64,000 nucleotides of DNA from Macrostomum lignano (Eukaryota), in assembly GCA_002269645.1 (NCBI GenBank), contig NIVC01003200.1:48020-112019 (forward strand). Direction: 5' to 3'. Below, piece after piece: positions 25,925-38,695 of the stretch. The position numbers and the translations under genes are program-made. The notes under the pieces were generated by a model. The model saw only the letters and a list, made by a program, of their open reading frames with translations. It had not been told where the DNA came from and ran no database searches. Each line of letters begins with the position of its first letter. The first letter of the stretch is position 1.

Positions 25925-26705
25925 GATCCCACAGTGAGTCCTCTGATCCCACAGTGAGTCCTCTGATCCCACAGTGAGTCCTCTGATCCCACAGTGAGTC
26001 CTCTGATCCCACAGTGCGCCTTCTGATCCCACAGTGCGTCTTCTGATCCCACAGTGAGTCCTCTAATCCCACAGTGAGCCCTCTGATCCCACAGTGCGTC
26101 TTCTGATCCCACAGTGAGTCCTCTAATCCCACAGTGAGTTCTCTGATCCCACAGTGAGACCTCTGATCCCACAGTGAGACCTCTGATCCCACAGTGCGTC
26201 TTCTGATCCCACAGTGCGTCTTCTGATCCCACAGTGAGTCCTCTAATCCCACAGTGAGCCCTCTGATCCCACAGTGCGTCTTCTGATCCCACAGTGAGTC
26301 CTCTAATCCCACAGTGAGTTCTCTGATCCCACAGTGAGACCTCTGATCCCACAGTGAGACCTCTGATCCCACAGTGCGTCTTCTGATCCCACAGTGAGTC
26401 CTCTGATCCCACAGTGAGTCCTCTATTCCCACAGTGCGTCTTCTGATCCCACAGTGAGTCCTCTGATCCCACAGTGAGTCCTCTGATCCCACAGTGCGTC
26501 TTCTGATCCCACAGTGCGTCTTCTGATCCCACAGTGAGTCCTCTAATACCACAGTGAGTCCTCTATTCCCAAAGTGAGCCCTCTGATCCCACAGTGCGTC
26601 TTCTGATCCCACAGTGAGTTCTCTGATCCCACAGTGAGTTCTCTGATCCCACAGTGAGTTCTCTGATCCCACAGTGAGCCCTCTGGTCCCACAGTGAGTC
26701 CTCTA
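25925..26705. repeat. 21-nt minisatellite (CTCTGATCCCACAGTGAGTC variants)
   Basis: Tandem periodicity. Confidence 0.95.
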
Positions 26706-27344
26706 ACTGCACCGCGAGTCCTTAGATCCCAGGCTAACTTCCCACAAACTGCAACACAACACAAATTAGCTGGGTATATCGCTGAGCATAGGAGAGAGAG
26801 AAAAGAGGTATGCATATATAAGGAATATTCGACAGCGTGCAATCGGAATTACGAGCGCAGAGCGCATGCGGATTATAAATCAAGCTAAAAATTTTAATAA
26901 AACGGCAAAGCAACTGTGTAAAAAAAGAACTGTTTTTCATTACAGACAAATATATTCTGGGGAAAGTGTGCAAGGGAATAATAATATAATAATAATAATA
27001 ACAATAGTAAATAGGATAAAAGTTGACACGAACAGAACAACAAGGAATATTAATAAACAAGTGGAACAGTTAACACGTGAACAGCATATATATACATATA
27101 TGGTTATCAGAAAGTTGCAAAACTCAAAATCAACACCTGAACAAATTTAAAAAAATAGTAAAATCTGTACGAAATAACAGCACGGAGTGAGCAACAGCAG
27201 CGGCAGCAGTTCTTATTCACTCCCATGTAGCAGGTATGTATTAAACAGGAATGAAGCCTTTCTGTACAAACTACTCACACATAGAAAGTAGCAATTAGTA
27301 GTAGGGAAAGCTTTTACGAGTAGAATCTATTTTTAAGGTTCACA

Positions 27345-27725
27345 CGGCCCAAGCCATTCAGATTTTAGCTCCAAGGTCAAATCAACCCAACTACCCAAGG
27401 ATCAGCCAATGGGATTTAAGCTTCAAGGTCAAAACAACCCACCTCCCAAGGGCCAGCCAATCAGATTTTAGCTCCAAGGTCAAATCAACCCACCTCCCAA
27501 GGGCCAGCCAATCAGATTTTAGCTCCAAGGTCAAATCAACCCAACTACCCAAGGATCAGCCAATGGGATTTAAGCTTCAAGGTCAAATCAACCCACCTCC
27601 CAAGGGCCAGCCAATCAGATTTTAGCTCCAAGGTCAAATCAACTCACCTCCCCAAGGGCCAGCCAATCAGATCTTAGCTCCAAGGTCAAATCAACCCACC
27701 TTCCCAAGGGCCAGCCAATCAGATT
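27345..27725. repeat. About 50-nt minisatellite (AGCCAATCAGATTTTAGCTCCAAGGTCAAATCAACCCACCTCCCAAGGGCC)
   Basis: About 7 units downstream of the receptor stop codon. Confidence 0.9.
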
Positions 27726-27914
27726 AAAAAAGCATTTCTCCGCGTACTAAATAGCAGCAACAGAATAAGAAAAATTAGCTTTAATTCTTTAAACAAAAGC
27801 ACGTAAAAGTTCGAATAGATCAATAAAAAAGCCAATAAAAACGGGGCTTGACGCCTTGAGTTTTGTTATAACAGACGGGAGCTTAGAAATTCAACAATAA
27901 AAAAGGAGGGGACC

Positions 27915-28507
27915 TCAGGCCCGCAGAGGCACGTAGGGATTGGGCACCGACTGCTGGCCCAGCATGGGGATCTCCTCCGGCGGCTTCAGCGGGCCGTCCT
28001 GATGCTCAGGCGGCTGCTGCTGCTCCTGTTGAGCCTGCTGGCTAAGCCGCTTGCCGTTCCGTTCTGGCAGGGTAACGGACACGGCCGAGTCTCCCTGAGA
28101 GCTCAGACTGCCATTGTGAAACCAGCTCTGCCGCCTGAACGCATCGATCAGCTCAGGCATTTCGTCAAGCATGATTAGGATGTCGCGGAAGCTGGCTCGG
28201 GATCGCGGCTTCTGAGCCCAGCAGTGCGCCATGAGCTCAGATAGGAAGGCCGGGCAATCCTCAGGCGGCTGCAGAGTCTTGCCAGATTTCACCATATTGA
28301 CAACTTCTTCGTTGCTTCGACTATTGAATGGCTGATGTGCCAAGGTGGCGATTTCCCACAGCACAACGCCGTAGGACCACACGTCCGTGGCCGTGGTGAA
28401 CACACCGTCGCGTAGGGACTCCGGCGCCATCCAGCGGACTGGCAGAGGCGCCTGGCCCTCCTTCTTGTAATAGTCCGAGTAGTAGACATCCCGGGTCATG
28501 CCGAAGT
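27915..28507 (-). CDS. INSR: Insulin/IGF receptor, last exon: kinase C-lobe and C-tail
   Basis: ccgcAG acceptor, phase 1. DFGMTRDVYYSDYYKK, LPVRWMAPESLRDGVFT, DVWSYGVVLWE; the YxxxYY activation loop is diagnostic of the IR family. Confidence 0.95.
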
Positions 28508-28579
28508 CTGCGGGGTTCAGCGTCGGGGAGACAGCTTCTGTGTGGGTGTCTTGGAGCCATCTCGACATAGATGTCGCAA

Positions 28580-28700
28580 GGACAACCATGTCTTTGCGAC
28601 ATGGTCCCACAGCCAGCGCTGACGGAAATTCTGCACATTCCACTGACTTCTGAGCACATTCAAGCGCCAATACTGTACTCAGGCAGTCACTGATACACTC
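28580..28700 (-). mobile_element. Headless fragment of the second SINE family 3' domain in the receptor's last intron
   Basis: CCAGCGCTGACGG.AATTCTG..CATTCC.CTGACT.CTGA...CATTCAAGCGC is shared with 20965-21030. Confidence 0.7.
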
Positions 28701-28737
28701 GCTCACAGGGTACAGTCTTGGAGGCATGGAGTCTTGG

Positions 28738-30100
28738 ATCATCAAGTGTCTCAGAGGGTGCAGTCATCAAGTGTCTCAGAGGGTGCAGTCATCAAGTGTC
28801 TCACAGGGTGCAGTCATCAAGTATCTCAGCGGGTGCAGTCATCAAGTGTCTCACAGGGTGCAGTCATCAAGTATCTCAGCGGGTGCAGTCATCAAGTGTC
28901 TCAGAGGGTGCAGTCATCAAGTATCCCAGAGGATTTAGTCATCAAGTGTCTCAGAGGGTGCAGTCATCAAGTATCTCAGAGGGTGCAGTCATCAAGTATC
29001 TCAGAGGGTGCAGTCATCAAGTATCTCAGAGGGTGCAGTCATCAAGTGTCTCAGAGGGTGCAGTCATCAAGTGTCTCAGAGGGTGCAGTCATCAAGTATC
29101 TCAGAGGGTGCAGTCATCAAGTGTCTCAGAGGGTGCAGTCATCAAGTATCTCAGAGGGTGCAGTCATCAAGTGTCTCAGAGGGTGCAGTGATCAAGTGTC
29201 TCAGAGGGTGCAGTGATCAAGTGTCTCAGAGGGTGCAGTCATCAAGTATCTCAGCGGGTGCAGTCATCAAGTAGGGTGCAGTCATCAAGTAGGGTGCAGT
29301 CATCAAGTGTCTCAGAGGGTGCAGTCATCAAGTGTCTCAGAGGGTGCAGTCATCAAGTGTCTCAGAGGGTGCAGTCATCAAGTGTCTCAGAGGGTGCAGT
29401 CATCAAGTATCTCAGAGGGTGCAGTCATCAAGTATCTCAGAGGGTGCAGTGATCAAGTGTCTCAGAGGGTGCAGTCATCAAGTGTCTCAGAGGGTGCAGT
29501 CATCAAGTATCTCAGAGGGTGCAGTCATCAAGTATCCCAGAGGATTTAGTCATCAAGTGTCTCAGAGGGTGCAGTGATCAAGTGTCTCAGAGGGTGCAGT
29601 CATCAAGTATCTCAGAGGGTGCAGTCATCAAGTAGGGTGCAGTCATCAAGTGTCTCAGAGGGTGCAGTGATCAAGTGTCTCAGAGGGTGCAGTGATCAAG
29701 TGTCTCAGAGGGTGCAGTCATCATGTGTCTCAGAGGGTGCAGTCATCAAGTAGGGTGCAGTCATCAAGTGTCTCAGAGGGTGCAGTCATCAAGTATCTCA
29801 GCGGGTGCAGTCATCAAGTAGGGTGCAGTCATCAAGTAGGGTGCAGTCATCAAGTGTCTCAGAGGGTGCAGTCATCAAGTATCTCAGAGGGTGCAGTCAT
29901 CAAGTGTCTCAGAGGGTGCAGTGATCAAGTGTCTCAGAGGGTGCAGTGATCAAGTGTCTCAGAGGGTGCAGTTATCAAGTATCTCAGAGGGTGCAGTCAT
30001 CAAGTATCTCAGAGGGTGCAGTCATCAAGTATCTCAGAGGGTGCAGTCATCAAGTATCTCAGAGGGTGCAGTCATCAAGTGTCTCAGAGGGTGCAGTGAT
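28738..30100. repeat. 25-nt minisatellite (CAGTCATCAAGTRTCTCAGAGGGTG)
   Basis: About 55 units; starts about 16 nt from the kinase-exon donor. Confidence 0.97.
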
Positions 30101-30116
30101 AAAGTTTTAAACGCAC

Positions 30117-30609
30117 CGCCAATCTTGACGCAGTAGTCTGCCGTAACCATGCAGTTCCTGGCCGCCAGGTCCCTGTGCACATACTTCTTCGTCTCCAGGT
30201 AGAACATGCCGTCGGAGATCTGGGCGCACCACAGCACCAGCCGGTTGCGATCGTACATTGGCCGGCTGATCGGGTCGTCCGAGTCCGGTCGCATCTGGCG
30301 TAGGCAGGTCTTCAGGTCGCCGTTCTCCATCAGCTCCATCAGCACTAGAATCGGCACATTCTCCGACACAACGCCAATTAGGCGGACAACGTTGGCGCAT
30401 TGGCGGAACTTTTTCATATGCGTGGCCTCTTGAAGAAACTCGTGCCGTTCGCGCATCGTCGCCTTCTCGTTGACGTTCTTGACGGCTACGGGCACGTCCT
30501 CTCGGCTGGGCAGGAAGGGCGCCGCCGGGGTGCTGAGCGAGCGGACCAAGCCGCGGTACACCCGGCCGAAGGACCCCGTGCCCAGGATGTCCGACTCGCT
30601 GTAGGTCAC
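30117..30609 (-). CDS. INSR: Insulin/IGF receptor: kinase N-lobe exon
   Basis: ccgcAG|VTYSESDILGTGSFGRVY...VAVK...EFLQEA...HRDLAARNCMV...VKIG|GTGCGT; phases join both neighbours. Confidence 0.95.
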
Positions 30610-30631
30610 CTGCGGTTGATAAGATGCGATA

Positions 30632-32700
30632 GGGGATCAGCCACTTATGCGATTTGGGATCAGGGATCAGCCATTGATGGGATTCGGGATCAGCCACTGA
30701 TGGGATTGTGGATTGGGGATCAGCCACTGATGGGATTGTGGATTGGGGATCAGCCACTGATGGGATTGTGGATTGGGGATCAGCCACTGATGGGATTGTG
30801 GATTGGGGATCAGCCACTGATGGGATTGTGGATTGGGGATCAGCCACTGATGGGATTGTGGATTGGGGATCAGCCACTGATAGGATTGTGGATTGGGGAT
30901 CAGCCACTGATGGGATTGTGGATTGGGGATCAGCCACTGATGGGATTGTGGATTGGGGATCGGCCACTGATGGGATTGTGGATTGGGGATCAGCCACTGA
31001 TGGGATTGGGGATCAGCCACTGATGCGATTGGGGATCAGCCACTGATGGGATTGTGGATTGGGGATCAGCCACTGATGGAATTGTGGATTGGGGATCAGC
31101 AACTGATGCGATTCGGGATCAGCCACTGATGCGATTCGGGATCAGCCACTGATGCGATTCGGGATCAGCCACTGATGCGATTCGGGATCAGCCACTGATG
31201 CGATTCGGGATCAGCCACTGATGGGATTGGGGATCAGCCACTGATGGGATTGGGGAACAGCCACTAATGGGATTGGGGATCAGCCACTGATGCGATTGGG
31301 GATCAGCCACTGATGGGATTGTGGATTGGGGATCAGCAACTGATGCGATTCGGGATCAGCCACTGATGCGATTCGGGATCAGCCACTGATGCGATTCGGG
31401 ATCAGCCACTGATGCGATTCGGGATCAGCCACTGATGGGATTGGGGATCAGCCACTGATGGGATTGGGGAACAGCCACTAATGGGATTGGGGATCAGCCA
31501 CTGATGCGATTGGGGATCAGCCACTGATGGGATTGTGGATTGGGGATCAGCCACTGATGGAATTGTGGATTGGGGATCAGCAACTGATGCGATTCGGGAT
31601 CAGCCACTGATGCGATTCGGGATCAGCCACTGATGCGATTCGGGATCAGCCACTGATGCGATTCGGGATCAGCCACTGATGGGATTGGGGATCAGCCACT
31701 TATGGGATTGGGGAACAGCCACTAATGGGATTGGGGATCAGCCACTGATGCGATTGGGGATCAGCCACTGATGGGATTGGGGATCAGCCACTGATGGGAT
31801 TGTGGATTGGGGATCAGCCACTGATGCGATTGGGGATCCAGCCACTGATGCGATTGGGGATCAGCCACTGATGCGATTGGGGATCAGCCACTGATGGTAT
31901 TGGGGATCAGCTACTGATGGTATTGGGGATCAGCCACTGATGGGATTGGGGATCAGCCACTGATGGGATTGGGGAACAGCCACTGATGGTATTGGGGAAC
32001 AGCCACTGATGGTATTGGGGAACAGCCACTGATGGGATTGGGGAACAGCCACTGATGGTATTGGGGAACAGCCACTGATGGGATTGGGGAACAGCCACTG
32101 ATGGGATTGGGGAACAGCCACTGATGGGATTGGGGAACAGCCACTGATGGGATTGGGGAACAGCCACTGATGGGATTGGGGAACAGCCACTGATGGGATT
32201 GGGGAACAGCCACTGATGCAATTCGAGATCAGCCACTGATGGGATTGGGGATCAGCCACTGATGCAATTCGAGATCAGCCACTGATGGGATTGGGGATCA
32301 GCCACTGATGGGATTGGGGATCAGCCACTGATGCAATTCGAGATCAGCCACTGATGGGATTGGGGATCAGCCACTGATGGGATTGGGGATCAGCCACTGA
32401 TGCAATTCGAGATCAGCCACTGATGGGATTGGGGATCAGCCACTGATGCAATTCGAGATCAGCCACTGATGGGATTGGGGAACAGCCACTGATGGGATTG
32501 GGGATCAGCCACTGATGGTATTGGGGATCAGCCACTGATGGTATTGGGGATCAGCCACTGATGGGATTGGGGATCAGCCACTGATGGTATTGGGGATCAG
32601 CCACTGATGCAATTCGAGATCAGCCACTGATGGGATTGGGGATCAGCCACTGATGCAATTCGAGATCAGCCACTGATGGGATTGGGGAACAGCCACTAAT
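30632..32700. repeat. 22/23/29-nt minisatellite (GGGGATCAGCCACTGATGGGATT[GTGGATT]) with higher-order blocks
   Basis: About 85 units; variant types are zoned along the array; starts about 22 nt from the acceptor. Confidence 0.97.
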
Positions 32701-33406
32701 GAGATAGCTAGAGGATTACCCACTAATTGATCCAACCTATTTGATAACAATGACTTCACACTTATTTGCCTACTATCAGTAACGCAAACAGAGCAGAGAG
32801 AATCGCGACTACAGCCGAATAAAAGTACAACAGTCCCCATACTTCTGAGCAAAAGGAAACTCTCTCTTTAAGTTTCGCCGCGGCTGCTAAATGAAATGGC
32901 AAGCGAGGAGGAAAAGTCGCGGCCTAGCAAAGGACTATAAAAGGCGTCTGCGGATAAACAGGGGAAGTGACTGACTGGCTAGTTTCCCATCATTAGATTT
33001 TGCAAATTGCAAGGCAGCGGATGAGCGTGACAAGTAGCGCAAAGGAAGATGAAAAATGAAGAAAATGCTGATTTTTCTAGGGACCCTGGGACCCCTGACT
33101 CTACCCTGCAGAGATAAGGCAAAGTAGCAGATGTGCACAATTAGAGGGGGAGAGTTCCAGTTCAAGCAGAGCTGCATAAATATTACTTGAACAGCAAAGC
33201 CGACACGGCCTACTGCCCATCAGCGAGTGCGCCCATCGAACTGAGGCATTCAGTCAGTAAGTAGCTCATTATAATTAAATGCTGATACGATATAATTAAT
33301 GCCGAACCAAGCATACAGAATAGGCAAAGCAATGTGTAATTACCTAAAGTGCAATGGCGCAGCAGATAAGGATTGCTACTGCGGATTGCGCTTAAAGAGG
33401 TAGAAC

Positions 33407-33880
33407 ACTGAGGATCTGGGAGGCTGGCCCAGCAACTGAGGATCTGTGAGGCTGGCCCAGCAACTGACACTCTGGGAGGCTGGCCCAGCAACTGAAACTC
33501 TGGGAGGCTGGCCCAGCAACTGAAACTCTGGGAGGCTGGCCCAGCAACTGAGGATCTGGGAGGCTGTGGCCCAGCAACTGAAACTCTGGGAGGCTGGCCC
33601 AGCAACTGAGGATCTGGGAGGCTGGCCCAGCAACTGAGGATCTGGGAGGCTGGCCCAGAAACTGAGGATCTGGGAGGCTGGCCCAGCAACTGAGGATCTG
33701 GGAGGCTGGCCCAGCAACTGAGGATCTGGGAGGCTGGCCCAGCAACTGAGGATCTGGGAGGCTGGTCTAGCAACTGAGGATCTGGGAGGCTGGCCTCAGC
33801 AACTGAGGATCTGGGAGGCTGGCCTCAGCAACTGAGGATCTGGGAGGCTGGCCTCAGCAACTGAGGATCTGGGAGGCTGG
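33407..33880. repeat. 28-nt minisatellite (GAGGATCTGGGAGGCTGGCCCAGCAACT)
   Basis: About 17 units. Confidence 0.95.
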
Positions 33881-33938
33881 CGGTGGCCCAGCCAAAGGCT
33901 CTGAGACACCAAAGCCGCAAAGCCCCGTTGCTGCTCAC

Positions 33939-34349
33939 CTGATCCCTGGGCACCTCCCACTCGTCCGGCGCATACGTGTAGCTCCAGTAGTCGGGGTTCT
34001 CGGTGACTACAGTCTTCCGCGATCCCGCTGCCTGCACGCCAGCCAGCCTAGCAGCACGCAGGTCAGCAGCACGGCCATGGCCCCGGCCAGGCCAAGGATG
34101 GTGGCCATCTCGGTGGTGGCCCGGCCTGACACTTCGGTGGAGGCCACAGGCGACCAGCTGCCGTGGCCCTGGGAGGTGACGGCGCGCACCTGGAACTGGT
34201 AAGTTCCCTGTGGCAGCTCTCTGAGCATGACGCCGCCAATTCCAGACAGGGCGAACGAGGGATCGTCTGAGGAGCCGCTGGCGCCGCCTTTGACACCGTT
34301 GCGAACTGCCGGCTCGTTGACTGTGCCGACACCGGCGCTGCTGTTTGCA
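33939..34349 (-). CDS. INSR: Insulin/IGF receptor: end of FnIII-3, transmembrane helix, juxtamembrane NPxY (one -1 frameshift near 34019)
   Basis: LRELPQGTYQFQVRAVT (FnIII); ILGLAGAMAVLLTCVLLGWLAC (TM); after a frame change RKTVVTENPDYWSYTYAPDEWEVPRDQ|GTGAGC. Confidence 0.9.
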
Positions 34350-34744
34350 CTGCGTTGGGGGATTAGTTAAGCATTAAGGATTTGGCATGACAAATAAAGG
34401 AGAGTGCATAGCCAGAACGGAGACAAATTGAATTGGTCAAAACGCTAAGAAACGGTAGAGTAGGAGAGCGGGAAGGAAGATAATGAAGGAATAGAGAGGT
34501 GAGGGAACAGGAGAGAGAGAGAGAGGTAGAGAGAGAGAGAGAGAGAGAAGAGAGGTCACGGCGTGTTAAATTAAGTGCAGGTATTGAAGATTGGAGCGTA
34601 AAAATCGATATTTTTAAGTACAATCAAGAAGTTTAAATAAAATAAACGACAATGTGAATAAATATTGAAGTTCTATAGGTAAAGTAAGCGCATTGGTTAA
34701 AACGATTCAGTGGTTTTCTGGCTGAGACTTAAACTTATTGGAGC

Positions 34745-35178
34745 CAGAGGGGGGAGAGAGGAGAGAGGGGGAGAGAGGAGAGAGGGGAGAGAGGAGAGAG
34801 GGGGAGAGAGGAGAGAGGGGGAGAGAGGAGAGAGGGGTAAGAGAGGAGAGAGGGGAGAGAGGAGAGAGGGGGAGAGAGGAGAGAGGGGGAGAGAGGAGAG
34901 AGGAGAGAGGGGAAAGAGAGGAGAGAGGGGGAGAGAGGAGAGAGGGGGAAGAGAGGAGAGAGGGGGAGAGAGGAGAGAGGAGAGAGGAGAGAGGGGGAAG
35001 AGAGGAGAGAGGGGGAGAGAGGAGAGAGGAGAGAGGAGAGAGGGGGAAGAGAGGAGAGAGGGGGAGAGAGGAGAGAGGGGGAGAGAGGAGAGAGGGGGAG
35101 AGAGGAGAGAGGGGAAGAGAAGAGAGGAGAGAGGGGGGAGAGAGGAGAGAGGGGAGAGAGGAGAGAGGGGGGGAGAGG
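34745..35178. repeat. Pure purine (GA) compound repeat
   Basis: Only G and A over about 430 nt; E/R/G-rich ORFs are artefacts. Confidence 0.97.
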
Positions 35179-35792
35179 AAAACAGTAAAACTTCGATAAT
35201 GAAATAAAAAAGCGAGTATTGCACTGCGGCCCCCGACATGACAGGATTTTCGGGGATTCTATGCTCGTAAAAAGCTTTCACCTCTAATAAGGGTCCCAAT
35301 TAAGCCAGTAGTGCTCCAGTCTTTGCTAGGGGGTGGGGGTGCAAGTTCGGTTTAAAGTGCGGGGCTGTGACATACTGACGCGTTTTAAATCAAAGATAAG
35401 TAGGGGGGGGGGTGAAACAGAGATGAGAAGATCCCTTTATTCATTAGCTAGGCCCCCTACTGAGAAACTTTATCCACGGAGAATAAAGAAGGTAAATAAT
35501 TAAAGGCATACGGAATCTATCTGAATTTTAAATAAGGCTTCAAATGTACTTTTATAAGAATAAAAAACACCCACTGGGATGGAAGCCAGTGAGGGACCAA
35601 GGATGACGGATGAGAATGGGAGATTTAGAAGTCAGTGAGTTTGTCACGTTCCGGAGGGGCATTAATCCTTGCGATTGTAACTACAGCAACAATAATCAAT
35701 CCTTTTATGGCCAAAATTATGCTTTTCTGCTGAGGGAAACACCCACACGAAAATTTAGGAATTAAACGTCTACATTAGGAATCGCTCGAGAT

Positions 35793-36600
35793 TGAGACAG
35801 TGAGAATGAGAGTGAGACAGTGAGAGAATGAGAGTGAGACAGTTGGAGAATGAGAGTGAGACAGTGTGGGAGAATAAGAGTGAGACAGTGAGAATGAGAG
35901 TGAGACAGTGTGGGAGAATAAGAGTGAGACAGTGAGAATGAGAGTGAGACAGTGTGGGAGAATGAGAGTGAGACAGTGGGAGAATGAGAGTGAGACAGTG
36001 TGAGAATGAGAGTGAGACAGTGTGAGAATGAGAGTGAGACAGTGGGAGAATGAGAGTGAGACAGTGTGAGAATGAGAGTGAGACAGTGTGAGAATGAGAG
36101 TGAGACAGTGGGAGAATGAGAGTGAGACAGTGTGAGAATGAGAGTGAGAAAGTGGGAGAATGAGAGTGAGACAGTTGGAGAATGAGAGTGAGACAGTGTG
36201 AGAATGAGAGTGAGACAGTGTGAGAATGAGAGTGAGACAGTGGGAGAATGAGAGTGAGACAGTGTGAGAATGAGAGTGAGAAAGTGGGAGAATGAGAGTG
36301 AGACAGTTGGAGAATGAGAGTGAGACAGTGTGAGAATGAGAGTGAGACAGTGTGAGAATGAGAGTGAGACAGTTGGAGAATGAGAGTGAGACAGTGTTAG
36401 AATGAGAGTGAGACAGTGGAAGAATGAGAGTGAGACAGTGTGGGAGAATGAGAGTGAGATAGTGGGAGAATGAGAGTGAGACAGTGTGGGAGAATAAGAG
36501 TGAGACAGTGGGAGAATGAGAGTGAGACAGTGTGGGAGAATGAGAGTGAGACAGTGGGAGAATGAGAGTGAGACAGTGGGAGACTCAGTGAGACAGTAGA
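35793..36600. repeat. 22-24 nt minisatellite (GAGAATGAGAGTGAGACAGTGT)
   Basis: Tandem periodicity. Confidence 0.95.
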
Positions 36601-36659
36601 ATAATGAGAGTGCAGAGAAAGGTACAGCGGAGCCAGTGTGAGCACAGCTAGCAACTCAC

Positions 36660-37039
36660 GTGGCATTGTCGCTGGCCTCGGGCAGGTCGGACACGGAGCG
36701 GCTGGTCCTGAGCAGTTTGGAATTGGGATCGAGCTCCTTACCGCTGAGCAGCCACTCTCTATACGAGACGCACATGTACTGCCAGCTGCGATGGGACGGG
36801 CCTTTGTATTGCACCTCATAGTAGCGCACAACTCCGTTGGGATTTTTCGGTTCGCGCCAGAGCAGGCGAACTTCGCCAGGTCGCTCCTCGCTCTGGGGAG
36901 ACTGGAAGGTCACCTCGCCGGGTATCCGGTCGGCCTGAGCCAGGCCTTCTGTGAGCTGGATAATTCTAGCCGGATTGGAGCACAGGTGCAATATTGTCTG
37001 GTACTGCGGATGCCGAAACTCTTCCTGACAGGCGATCAG
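36660..37039 (-). CDS. INSR: Insulin/IGF receptor: end of FnIII-2b and start of FnIII-3
   Basis: aaacAG|LIACQ...ADRIPGEV...VRLLWREPKNPNGVVRYYEVQY...MCVS; donor GTGAGT, phase 2. Confidence 0.92.
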
Positions 37040-37127
37040 CTGTTTGGGAGGTGGAGAACCGGAAATACCGGAATTATGTAAATGTCTAGGTCTATACCAA
37101 GCTGGAAGCATCTAAATTCTACCGTGC

Positions 37128-37522
37128 ATAGAACCGGAAGTATCTAATCCCACCCATTACAGAACCGGAAGTATCTAATCCCACCCATTACAGAACCGGA
37201 AGTATCTAATCCCACCTTAAGAATAACCGGAATTATCTAATCTCATCCTAAGAATAACCGGAAGTATCTAACCCCGCCCTAAGAATAACCGGAAGCATCT
37301 AGTCCCAGCCTAAGAGTAACCGGAAGTATCTAATCCCACCCTAAGAATGACCGGAAGCATCTAATCCCAGCCTAAGAGTAACCGGAAGTAACTAATCCCA
37401 CCCTAAGAATAACCGGAAGTATCTAATCCCACCCTAAGAATAACCGGAAGTATCTAATCCCACCATAAGAGTACGAGCGTAACCGGAAGTATCTAATCCC
37501 ACCCTAGGAATAACCGGAAGTA
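37128..37522. repeat. 31-32 nt minisatellite (ACCGGAAGTATCTAATCCCACCCTAAGAATA)
   Basis: About 12 units filling most of a 500-nt intron. Confidence 0.93.
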
Positions 37523-37535
37523 CGGCCGCACTTAC

Positions 37536-37923
37536 CGACAACTCGTAGTGGGTAAAATGCTTCAAATTTGTAACCGTGTACTCAGTGCCTCTAACAGTAA
37601 CGTATCCATCAGTCCAACGCTTATTATCGTTAGCTGAATCCAATTGCTTAGTAATACGCTTGGGGCATCGCTCATTGTCGCAGTCTGGCTTGGCTACAGT
37701 CGGAGGCGCAGTTGTAGTTTGCATTGGTGTAGTACTAGATCTAGAAGTACTGGTGGTAGTAGTTGCTGTAGTAGTGGTAGTGGTAGTAGTAGTTCGCTTC
37801 TTATCGCTAGTACTGCGTGTAGAAGTCCGCGAGCCAGTTGATCTCGAGCTGCTTTCGTTTCCGTTGTTCGGGCGCAGTTTCAACTTGTGCAATCCTTCGA
37901 CTTCATTATTGCGCATTTCCGGC
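37536..37923 (-). CDS. INSR: Insulin/IGF receptor: insert domain (Thr-rich) and FnIII-2b
   Basis: aaacAG phase 2 joins FTR|R to PEMRNN...; poly-Thr; YTVTNLKHFTHYELS|GTAAGT matches the IR 'LRHFTGY' segment. Confidence 0.9.
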
Positions 37924-38069
37924 CTGTTTGGGAATTGGTAGCATAAATTATGCTAATTACAAATACTAAGTAGGAGACCTGCTTACTGTGTTACTAAAAA
38001 TAGACAGGCGGGCGTGCAAAATGTTCATTTATTGTTATTTTAAAATAATAGGCGACTTTCACACACATC

Positions 38070-38695
38070 AAAGGCAATTCTCAAACAGCATCAAAGGCGA
38101 TTCTCAAATACGCCAAAGGCGACTCTCACACATCAAAGGCGATTCTCAAATGCGTCAAAGGCGATTCTCAAATGCGTCAAAGGCGATTCTCAAATGCGTC
38201 AAAGGCGACTCTCACACACATCAAAGGCGATTCTCAAATGCGTCAAAGGCGATTCTCAAATACGCCAAAGGCGACTCTCACACATATCAAAGGCGATTCT
38301 CAAATGCGTCAAAGGCGATTCTCAAATACGCCAAAGGCGACTCTCACACATATCAAAGGCGATTCTCAAATGCGTCAAAGGCGATTCTCAAATACATCAA
38401 AGGCGATTCTCAAATACATCAAAGGCGATTCTCAAATATGTCAAAGGTGATTCTCAAGCACATCAAAGGCGATTCTCACACACATCAAAGACGATTCTCA
38501 GAAACATCAAAGGCGGTTTTCAAACACATCAAAGGCGATTCTCAAACACGTCAAAAGCGATTCTGACACGTTAAAGGCGATTCTCAAACAGCATCAAAGC
38601 CGATTCTGACACGTCAAAGGCGATTCTCAAACACATCAAAGCCGATTCTGACACGTCAAAGGCGATTCTCAAACACATCAAAGGCGATTCTCAGG
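38070..38695. repeat. 21-23 nt minisatellite (ATCAAAGGCGATTCTCAAATAC variants)
   Basis: Tandem periodicity. Confidence 0.93.
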
